From NCBI GenBank assembly GCA_964607985.1, contig CAZSMW010000058.1, positions 1 to 34,260 on the forward strand: a DNA stretch of 34,260 nucleotides, read 5' to 3'. Positions 1 to 7,172 of the stretch are shown here, one piece after another. Position 1 is the stretch's first letter, and every line of letters starts with the position of its first letter. The notes below the pieces were generated by a model. It was not told where the DNA came from. It saw nothing but the letters and a program-made list of their open reading frames with translations, and searched no databases. The translations under genes were made by a program, and so were the position numbers. The DNA comes from an uncultured Eubacteriales bacterium. Its GTDB lineage: Bacteria > Acidobacteriota > Aminicenantia > Aminicenantales > Saccharicenantaceae.

Positions 1-369
1 GACGCTCACCCGATGCACCCGCACCTGGTGGCATCCCAGGTCGTAAACCGGCAGAAGTTCGATGTCGTAACATATACGGCGGATTGGAATGCCTATCTGA
101 CATCTGGACGGACATCGCTCAAGCCCGACGTTGCCAACTACCTGCTCGGCCCTACGATTCCGCCGAACCCGGAGGAGATGGGCAACAAGGATACCATGAA
201 GGCCCCTCCAGGCTATGTGACGAGGACAATTGCCAAGTTCACGCTGCCCACGACATCCCAACTGGACTACGACGGGAAGACCAAGAGCTTCGGCAATTGG
301 GTCTACCACTGCCACATCCTCGAGCACGAGGAAAACGACATGATGCGGCCGTTTGTCGTCGTGAAATAG
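1..369 (+). CDS. multicopper oxidase, C-terminal part (5' end lies outside the window)
   Basis: Frame 1 is open from base 1 (DAHPMHPHLV...) to TAG 367-369. Copper-site motifs HPMHPH and HCHILEHEENDMM (HCHxxxHxxxxM, as in CueO/laccase-type enzymes). Confidence 0.8.
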   Translation, partial: DAHPMHPHLVASQVVNRQKFDVVTYTADWNAYLTSGRTSLKPDVANYLLGPTIPPNPEEMGNKDTMKAPPGYVTRTIAKFTLPTTSQLDYDGKTKSFGNWVYHCHILEHEENDMMRPFVVVK

Positions 370-392
370 AGCAAACGATTTGGAAGTATCTT

Positions 393-420
393 AGGGGTGG
401 GTCAACTCCGACCCACCCCT
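393..420 (+). terminator. stem-loop downstream of the multicopper oxidase gene
   Basis: AGGGGTGGGTC / GACCCACCCCT form a perfect 11-bp stem with a 6-nt loop, 24 nt after the stop. The trailing U-tract is weak (ATTGCTG). Confidence 0.45.
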
Positions 421-623
421 ATTGCTGAACGTCAACTATTATTCCCGTCCGCATTGTCGCTGATCAACCGAGCCACTACACTAGCCGGCGCAGCAGAAAA
501 GGAAATGTTTATCCATGCAAGAAAGGTAGGCTCTAGGCCATCGTCGACGAGGAGGAAAGCGGCTTACCGTTGATCAAGCGGTACGCCATGGATTGGAAAT
601 AGGCCCCGGCGGCCGAGAAGCAG

Positions 624-1739
624 GTGGCAACCTTCATCACGAACGCCGGAGGACAACCCGTAGCCTTGGGGGACAGCGGCGGGGCCCAGGTGCGAGAAAC
701 CGCAGGCGGCGTTTACGTGCGTGCTCTCTGCCGCGTGAAGAATGTCCTCATTTCGGTAGACGTCAACCAGTGGGAGTTCAAGCCCTCGATGAGCCGCGGG
801 GGAAGGGCGATCTACGTCACGCTCGTGCCCAAGCCCAGTCCCCAGGACGTCATGGATCTGGTCCGCGCCTGGGTGACTGCGGCCACAGCCTATGCGCGGG
901 ATCAAGGTCTGTTCTCGGGGACCCCGGGGATCGGTCAGACCCCTCAGGTCGCTCAGGTAAAGCCCAAGCCGGTCGACCCGATCGTCGTGGTTGTGCATGG
1001 TATTGGATTTGGTGAGACCCGAACCTCCGGGTGGTCGGACTGGATGTCCGAATCCTGGGGGCTCTCACCACTTCAGGAGGTGACTCATAACCCGGCTGAA
1101 ATAGCTAACAGCATCACCTGGATCAAGACCGTCAGGCACAGATTCGAAGAGATCCTGGCTCAAAGCAAGAAGGAGAAAAGGCCGGTGATCATCGTCTCTC
1201 ATTCATGGGGGACGGTCATGTCAAAACTGGCTTTGAATGGTGGCAGCATCGACGATGGCACCAATCCGGCTCTGGTGGTGACGCCGATGCAGGAACGAGG
1301 ATGGGTTGACCAATGGATCACCCTTGGCTCACCGCTGATGATTGAAGGTCGGTATGTGTTTCCAGGAAAACCCACTGTCAGTTATGGCGCGAATATACCT
1401 CCATAGGTCAAAAGATGGTCGAATTTCTATGATGTGGAAGATAATGTCGGATCGGCTTCGGGGTCTTTGGTTGATCTACCGATGAACGTTGGCGTTCAGG
1501 CCGACGAAGCCGCGTTTTCCTGGTATCTGACCAAGTCCGGCATTGATCCGGGATTTGAACGCTGGACCCCGGAACAGAAAAGGCAGAACTACAAAACACT
1601 CACAACAGTCTCCACGCTCCGCACGTCCTGGCCGCACATAGGTATCTGGTATCATCCCACGGTGAAGAACTACATTCGCAATCAGTATGCGGCGCTGAAG
1701 CAGGAAGCAGAGGCCGCCCTTTCAAAACAGAAACAATGA
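624..1739 (+). pseudogene. lipase-like alpha/beta-hydrolase interrupted by a single in-frame TAG (1404-1406)
   Basis: ORFs 624..1406 (GTG start) and 1434..1739 are in the same frame, with only TAG 1404-1406 between them. The upstream half has VVVHGIGFG and the nucleophile elbow SHSWG (GxSxG). The read-through text ...ANIPP*VKRWSNFYDVEDNV... continues naturally. Confidence 0.5.
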
Positions 1740-1894
1740 CCGTGGGGTGCGATCAATCAGCGCGTCACTGAGATCGTGCGCGCCGACACTGTGCGGCCTT
1801 CGTCGTACCCTCGAACGCCCGCCGTCATGCCATCGCGCAGCGCACCAAACCGCACATGGACCCCGCCCTGCCACACATGGGTCTCGTCGTCGGC

Positions 1895-2854
1895 CTACTT
1901 GACCTCCTTGACCATGTTCCTCTTGACCATAGCGATGGTGGCCTGGATCTCTTTCATGTAGTCGTCCTTGATGAGGCTGTCCGCCACCTGGAAAGAGGTC
2001 TTGAGAAGGAGCGTGAGCGTCGCGTCATCCGGGACGGGAAGACCGTTGAGGTCCAAATAAAGCACGGCAAGCTGCTTGAACTTGGCGATCACGTTGTCGA
2101 GGATAACGAGCTCGTCCTGCTGGAGCAGGAACCCATAGGAAATACACGAGGTCCGGAAATCCTCCTCCTCGCTCCGGATGAGCTGTTCCGCCTGGGCGAG
2201 CGTGATGGAATAGCCGAGGGAATTCGATGAGTCCGCCAGCCCCTGGGCGTAAGCACGGACCATCAGGTTCTGCATGTGGGGTTTGGGCCTGAGGGCAATC
2301 TCCATGAGCTTCGCGCCCACCGACGCGCCGCGGCGGGCGAGGACGATATCGCCGGCCGCCTCGATGACGTTGTGGCAGATATCGACACCGACTGCCGGCG
2401 CTCCGTTGACGAGAGCTGCGTACTCAGGGACGTTGGCAATTAGCCAGTTATTGAGCATCTTCGCCTTGGTGATGACGTAGCCCTCACCCGGAAGAAGCGT
2501 CCGTGAGGCGATGTGGGCCGTCGAGTCGGCACCCCACACATTATTGTGGCTGAGGAAGCCGTAAGCGCTGGACTTCTCGTAGCCCCACTTGACCGCGGCT
2601 TTCACCTTCAGGAACTGGTGATGGGTCTGGTCGTAAAGATAGTCCCGGAAGGCGACATTCGGCATCGTGAACAAGTAATTGAAGACATCGGGGGCCATGG
2701 CGCCGTACATCTCGTCGATATTGTAGGGCCCGCCGGCCTTCTTAAGCTTGTCGGCGATGAAGGCGTGGGTTCCCCTCTCCCAGGCCATGGCGGCGCCGGC
2801 CAGCACGGCCATCCCGAGCGAGAGGGCCACCAACAGACAGATTGCCTTTTTCAT
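1895..2854 (-). CDS. secreted zinc-dependent phospholipase C / S1-P1 nuclease-fold protein (tentative)
   Basis: Signal peptide MKKAICLLVALSLGMAVLAGAAMA is followed by WERGTHAF. Mature N-terminal Trp plus nearby His is the hallmark of zinc PLC-type proteins. AGGAG Shine-Dalgarno upstream of the ATG at 2852-2854. Confidence 0.5.
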   Translation of the reverse strand: MKKAICLLVALSLGMAVLAGAAMAWERGTHAFIADKLKKAGGPYNIDEMYGAMAPDVFNYLFTMPNVAFRDYLYDQTHHQFLKVKAAVKWGYEKSSAYGFLSHNNVWGADSTAHIASRTLLPGEGYVITKAKMLNNWLIANVPEYAALVNGAPAVGVDICHNVIEAAGDIVLARRGASVGAKLMEIALRPKPHMQNLMVRAYAQGLADSSNSLGYSITLAQAEQLIRSEEEDFRTSCISYGFLLQQDELVILDNVIAKFKQLAVLYLDLNGLPVPDDATLTLLLKTSFQVADSLIKDDYMKEIQATIAMVKRNMVKEVK

Positions 2855-2913
2855 GAAAACCTCTCCTTTCCCCTTTTGGGGGGTCTTGAATGATTTTTTC
2901 CTTTGCAGTGTAG

Positions 2914-2942
2914 AGGATAAGTTCGAAAACCGGAAATGTCAA
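2914..2942 (-). promoter_or_regulatory. candidate sigma-70 promoter for the PLC-like gene
   Basis: On the minus strand: TTGACA (2937-2942), 17-nt spacer, TATCCT (2914-2919). Confidence 0.35.
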
Positions 2943-3169
2943 GTGGGCCGGGACGGCGTGGAGCGGGAGACGATGAATTATCTTCTAGCAGGTTGCGCTC
3001 AAGGCGGCCGAGGCTAGCGGGGAGCATGCCTGAGCTTTCGTGATCATGGAGAGGGGGCGTCTGTGAGCTTTCGGCCTGCGCGAGAGGGCTTGAGACCCAA
3101 AGAGGAATATGCGAAGGAATTCAACGAGCACGGCCTCGACCGGATCGAGGTCCGTCAAGACAACCAATT

Positions 3170-3214
3170 AAAAAAAGGGAGCCGTGTTTGCGACCCCGGA
3201 CGATGCCGGGAGTC
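3170..3214 (-). terminator. candidate intrinsic terminator of the RRM protein gene
   Basis: Immediately after the stop (3215-3217), the minus strand reads GACTCCCGG-loop-CCGGGGTC (bulged hairpin). A U7 run follows (A-run 3170-3176 on the plus strand). Confidence 0.35.
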
Positions 3215-3502
3215 TTAGTACCGCCGGCCGCCGCCGAAACCGCCGGACCTTGGGCTGTCCGTGCGCGGTTTTGCCTCGTTGACCTTGGCCGTCCGGCCCT
3301 TCAGGTCCTTGCCGTTCAGCATGGAGATGGCCTTTTCGGCCTCGCTCCCGTTCGGCATCTCGACGAAGCCGAAGCCGCGGGACTCGCCGCTGAACTTGTC
3401 CTTGATGACGGAGGTTGTCGCCACTTCGCCGAACGCCTGAAAGACTTCCCTCAGGTCGTTCTCGTTGACGGTGTTGGACAGGTTGCCCACATAGATGTTC
3501 AT
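3215..3502 (-). CDS. RRM-type RNA-binding protein (glycine/arginine-rich tail)
   Basis: RNP-2 IYVGNL and RNP-1 RGFGFVEM motifs, 95 aa, C-terminal GGFGGGRRY. AAGGAG Shine-Dalgarno. Confidence 0.9.
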   Translation of the reverse strand: MNIYVGNLSNTVNENDLREVFQAFGEVATTSVIKDKFSGESRGFGFVEMPNGSEAEKAISMLNGKDLKGRTAKVNEAKPRTDSPRSGGFGGGRRY

Positions 3503-3503
3503 T

Positions 3504-3555
3504 CTCGTCTCCTTTCGACGATGGAAAGATTCTTGAACGTCATAAAGGAGAGGAG
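3504..3555 (-). promoter_or_regulatory. Shine-Dalgarno-sequestering hairpin in the leader of the RRM protein gene
   Basis: On the minus-strand RNA, CUCCUCUCCUUU (3544-3555) pairs 11/12 with AAAGGAGACGAG (3504-3515). The latter contains the SD 3 nt upstream of the ATG. Loop is 28 nt. Confidence 0.4.
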
Positions 3556-3641
3556 TATGTGACCGATCAGGGCCTCTGGCCCCTTCCTTTACTCATTCAG
3601 GTGTTGATAGCTAGGATTTCCCCTTGCTTAATAACACTTTT

Positions 3642-3650
3642 ATTATACCA
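3642..3650 (-). promoter_or_regulatory. extended -10 promoter element (TGgTATAAT) for the RRM protein gene
   Basis: The minus strand reads TGGTATAAT, a perfect extended -10. There is no good -35. The implied leader is about 135 nt. Confidence 0.45.
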
Positions 3651-3669
3651 TAGCTTTCGGAAAATAATA

Positions 3670-3756
3670 GGGGACACAATACCAATTTCCGAATTTCATA
3701 AATTCCCCCAGGGGGAATTCCCGGAAATTTAAATTCGGAAACAGGTATCGTGTCCC
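3670..3756 (-). terminator. very long compound hairpin directly after the DUF2961 gene stop
   Basis: Three nested arm pairs: 3671-3683/3744-3756, 3686-3696/3731-3741 and 3701-3709/3711-3719. The one non-Watson-Crick position in the outer arms is G-U on the minus strand (A-C on the plus strand). UAUUAUUUU follows on the minus strand. Confidence 0.55.
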
Positions 3757-4923
3757 TCAGATGATTTCCAGCGCATCCTTCGCCGGGAGTTTCGGGAACT
3801 TGGCGTGTGGTTCGGTCTGGTACCAGTATGCGACGGAGGCGATGTCGTCCTGAAGCGGAAGATAACGGCCGCCTGAACGCCAGCCCAGCGCCTGGATGGT
3901 GACCTTCAGGTCTTTTTCGAAACGGATCGGGTCCATGATATGCCAGCGGTAGAGCCCGAACCTCTGCTGGATATCGTAATGCCCGTCGCCGCGGATGACT
4001 TGGGCCAGGCCGCTGTAGGGTGTCGTGTGCTCTGTGTATTGGACGGTGCCGTCCGCTTTCTTGGTATCGAAGTCGTACGAACCGCAGAAGTAATCCTCAG
4101 TCCCCGTCCCGGCGATCGTCGGAAAATTCGTGTCGCCGTCCAGATAGAACTTGATCTCGCCTTCGCCCCACCAGCCGTTGTTGTTAACCCCCCAGGCCAT
4201 ATAGGTTCCGACATAATGGCCCCAACCCTTCACTCCGTCCAGAATCGTGTAGACATCTTTGTATGGAAGTGGATTGACCCGGCGGAATTGGGCGTGAAAA
4301 TAGGCCGCGTCCGCGGGTACGGGTGTCAAGGCATAGTTGATTTGGTAATAAATAGTGAATTGTTCGTCGGCGATGTTTTCAAGGGTGATCTTGAATCCTT
4401 TGCGGAAAGGCATCTCCCAGTAGCAGTTGAATGCGCTGCCGGGATTGACGCAGACGGCCAACGAGGAGATTTGGGCGTAACGGCCCCATCCGGAAGCGAA
4501 GAAATCGCCGATGGGACATTCGACCGAGGGCTCGGTCTCGCCGTCCCAGTAGAACCGGATAACGGCGAACCGCCAGGCGCCGGCGGGCGTGGCCCAAATC
4601 TGTTGGATGGCCCCTTCTCCCTTGACGTCGGCCATCACAAAGGTCTCTTTAGGTTTGATCCGAACGTAGGGAGAGACCTTCCACCCTTGTCCGAGGTCGC
4701 GGGCCGCGTTCATGGCCGGACCGTCGGTGGACATCCCGGCCTTGCCTTTCTCGCCGGTGAAGTTCTCGGGGCTGATCGAGCGGGATTGGGCTTTGGACAA
4801 CCGGCTGAGGTTGCCCATGCTCATCCCTAAGCCGTTGAACGGCTTCTCCTGGACCTGCGTAGCGGCTAAAACAAGAACTGTGGTCAGGAAAAGCAGGACA
4901 AGACGAATGGACGATTTTTTCAT
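3757..4923 (-). CDS. DUF2961 (GH172-type) exported glycoside hydrolase-like protein
   Basis: Signal peptide MKKSSIRLVLLFLTTVLVLAA. Family-typical block WATPAGAWRFAVIRFYWDGETEPSVECPIGDFF. Confidence 0.8.
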   Translation of the reverse strand: MKKSSIRLVLLFLTTVLVLAATQVQEKPFNGLGMSMGNLSRLSKAQSRSISPENFTGEKGKAGMSTDGPAMNAARDLGQGWKVSPYVRIKPKETFVMADVKGEGAIQQIWATPAGAWRFAVIRFYWDGETEPSVECPIGDFFASGWGRYAQISSLAVCVNPGSAFNCYWEMPFRKGFKITLENIADEQFTIYYQINYALTPVPADAAYFHAQFRRVNPLPYKDVYTILDGVKGWGHYVGTYMAWGVNNNGWWGEGEIKFYLDGDTNFPTIAGTGTEDYFCGSYDFDTKKADGTVQYTEHTTPYSGLAQVIRGDGHYDIQQRFGLYRWHIMDPIRFEKDLKVTIQALGWRSGGRYLPLQDDIASVAYWYQTEPHAKFPKLPAKDALEII

Positions 4924-4932
4924 GAAAACCTC

Positions 4933-5796
4933 CTATTTCTTGACCGAATCGTCTTCTTTGATCTTGAGCGTCTTGTAGAGGTCGCGCCGTCCGGCCTTGT
5001 CGCCGTCCAAAATCTTCCGGGCGTACTTGGCCACGGCTTCAGCTTTCGCCCGCGGTACGACCACGACGCCGTCGCCGTCGGCGACAACAACGTCTCCCGG
5101 CATGACCAGAACGCCGCCGCAAACGATCGGCCTGTTGACGGATTCGAGCTCGTTTCGTCCGGGCCGGATGCCGCGTCCGACCTTCTTCAGGTAGAGGGGA
5201 ACGCGCTGGGTGATGATCTCATCGGTGTCCCTGGCCGTGGCGCTGGTGACGACGCCGACGCAACCTTTTCCCTGCCACTCCAGGATGTTGTAGGAGCCGA
5301 TCGAGCCGACGTCGGCATTCGGAGCATCCTCGATGACGAGCGCCGTGCCCTTGCGGATGAGATCCATATAGGCCTCTGTGGAACGCTTTTCGTACCAGTC
5401 CCCTGCCCAGGTGTCATAAGCTTCGACGGTCATCTTCCCCGCCGGCGCGTCCTGGGTGGGCACGTACCTGGCCGTGACCGCGATCCCTGCGAACCGGTGA
5501 GTGAAGTGCTCCGTGTCACGCCACAAGGAATGGATCTCCGGGTCCATAAGGCCGATGTTCTGGAGGCCGACGGCGTCCATGCCGTCCGCGACGTCCGATA
5601 CGCGCAGTCCCTTGAACAGGGCCAGCAGCCTCTGATCCTCGACTTCGGAGTAAACCCGGGTGGCCAAGAGATTCTTGCCCGTTCTCAGGGCTTCCGCGCC
5701 CGGGACCTTTTCCTGAGTCGCCGGTCCCGCGGCCGCAAAGGCCGCGAGCATCAGTCCGACGGCCCATCCCATGAAAAAAAAGCGTATCTTGCTCAT
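4933..5796 (-). CDS. RraA / HMG-aldolase family protein with N-terminal signal peptide
   Basis: C-terminal GGVLVMPGDVVVADGDGVVVVPRAKAEAV is typical of the RraA fold. The ATG at 5794-5796 gives MSKIRFFFMGWAVGLMLAAFAAAGPATQE. An alternative GTG start lies at 5835. Confidence 0.7.
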   Translation of the reverse strand: MSKIRFFFMGWAVGLMLAAFAAAGPATQEKVPGAEALRTGKNLLATRVYSEVEDQRLLALFKGLRVSDVADGMDAVGLQNIGLMDPEIHSLWRDTEHFTHRFAGIAVTARYVPTQDAPAGKMTVEAYDTWAGDWYEKRSTEAYMDLIRKGTALVIEDAPNADVGSIGSYNILEWQGKGCVGVVTSATARDTDEIITQRVPLYLKKVGRGIRPGRNELESVNRPIVCGGVLVMPGDVVVADGDGVVVVPRAKAEAVAKYARKILDGDKAGRRDLYKTLKIKEDDSVKK

Positions 5797-5973
5797 TTTT
5801 ATCCTCTGCCCTCCATGGTTGATCGATGGACTCACCTATTCTTATTTTTCTCATCTCCCGGTGTCAAGGGCTGGACTCCGAACAAGAATCGGGAGCCCCC
5901 ATCCGAGAGAAGCACTTCTTTTCGTGAGTTATAGGACAATAGCGCAGGGGCACTGACCTATTCGATCTTCAGC

Positions 5974-6003
5974 TTGACAGGCATCGCCTTCGGGTCCTAT
6001 GAT
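5974..6003 (+). promoter_or_regulatory. candidate sigma-70 promoter upstream of the DUF362 gene
   Basis: TTGACA (5974-5979), 18-nt spacer, TATGAT (5998-6003). This implies a leader of about 200 nt. Confidence 0.25.
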
Positions 6004-6203
6004 TTGCCGGAGTCGAGCTTGAAAGACAAGGTGAAGGACATGGAGAAAGCCTGGAGACCGGCCATCGTTCTGTTCAGCCTGCTCGCAGCCGCCTATGCCG
6101 TGATCGACGGCCTCAAACCGCCACGACCGCTCCCGGAAAACGCGCCGCCGGAGGGTGACATTCTCCCCATTTTGGGATAGACTGGCGGAAAAGGAGGTTC
6201 GCG

Positions 6204-7142
6204 ATGAAAGGAAAAACCAGCCGCAGAGGATTCATCAAAACAGGCTTGACCCTAGGAGCAGCGGCCATCATCGGAGGCAACCGGGTCCGGGGGCTTATGG
6301 CCCTCGAAACCGAAGGGGCTCCCGATATCGGCGTCGTTAAGGGAACGGACTATTTCGCGAACACGGAGAAAGCGGTCCGCCTCGTGGGCGGCATGGCGAA
6401 ATTCGTCCCGAAGGGGGGCCGGGTGGGGCTTCTCGTCAACGCGCCCCAATGGTGGAAACTGCCGGGAAGCCACGTCAACACCGATATCGTTCTGGCCGCC
6501 CTCAAGATGGTCCTTGACGCCGGAGCCAAAGAGATCGTCTATCTTTGGGACCCCTCGTCCGACATGTGGAAGCGCAGTCCCCTTTCGGCGAAATTCGACG
6601 CCGAGGTCCGGGGCATCCGTCCGCACTCCGGGAACTATGTCGAAACGTCCGTCAAGGACGGGCTGGCCCTGAAAAAGGGCAGGATCGTCAAGGACTTGTT
6701 CGAGTGCGACGCCTTGATCGACATATCGGTCGCCAAGGACCACACGGGCACCCGATTCAGCTGCTGCCTGAAAAATTATATGGGCGCCTGTCAGGGAGAT
6801 ACCAACCAGTACTTCCACCTGGGCTCTGGAAAGAACAAGGGAGAGTACGACGATGTTGACTTTTTATCCCAGTGCATCGCCGACGTCAACACTTTGCGCA
6901 AGCCTGACCTCTTGATCGCCGACGCCACCGTCGTCCTGGCGACCAACGGGCCGGCCGGGCCGGGGGACCTCGCGCGGCCCCAAAAGATCGTGGCCGGCCG
7001 CGACATCGTTGCCGTGGACACGTACTGCGCGGGCCTGCTGGGGCGAAAGCCCGCCGACATCCTTATGCTCAAAAAAGCCGCAGACCACGGCCTCGGCCGC
7101 ACAGACCTCGGCGCGATAAACATCAAGGAAATATCGGTTTAA
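6204..7142 (+). CDS. DUF362 domain protein with twin-arginine (Tat) signal
   Basis: MKGKTSRRGFIKTGLTLGAAAIIGG is a Tat motif. DUF362-like blocks DHTGTRFSCCLKNYMG and ADATVVLATNGP. AAGGAGG Shine-Dalgarno 7 nt upstream. Confidence 0.75.
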   Translation: MKGKTSRRGFIKTGLTLGAAAIIGGNRVRGLMALETEGAPDIGVVKGTDYFANTEKAVRLVGGMAKFVPKGGRVGLLVNAPQWWKLPGSHVNTDIVLAALKMVLDAGAKEIVYLWDPSSDMWKRSPLSAKFDAEVRGIRPHSGNYVETSVKDGLALKKGRIVKDLFECDALIDISVAKDHTGTRFSCCLKNYMGACQGDTNQYFHLGSGKNKGEYDDVDFLSQCIADVNTLRKPDLLIADATVVLATNGPAGPGDLARPQKIVAGRDIVAVDTYCAGLLGRKPADILMLKKAADHGLGRTDLGAINIKEISV

Positions 7143-7172
7143 GAGCCCCGACCCCAAGTCCCCGGCAGTCTC

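Noticed and set aside
564-1015. ORFs 564..998 (-) and 593..1015 (+) overlapping the 5' part of the hydrolase ORF
   Set aside because: Both are Arg/Gly/Pro-rich shadow frames in a roughly 70% GC stretch. The 624 frame has G/C-rich third positions and a protein-like sequence.
1404-1406. Pyrrolysine decoding of the in-frame TAG
   Set aside because: No pyl genes or PYLIS-like context are visible in the window, and pyrrolysine has no known role in this enzyme family. A pseudogene or sequencing error is more parsimonious. It is kept only as something to exclude.
5974-6180. 68-aa ORF upstream of the DUF362 gene (or its 46-aa ATG-initiated version 6040..6180, with one hydrophobic helix)
   Set aside because: It has a TTG start with no SD for the long form. 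The short form has a GAAGGA-like SD and one TM-like segment, but there is no family signature and no way to test conservation here. This is too weak to annotate.
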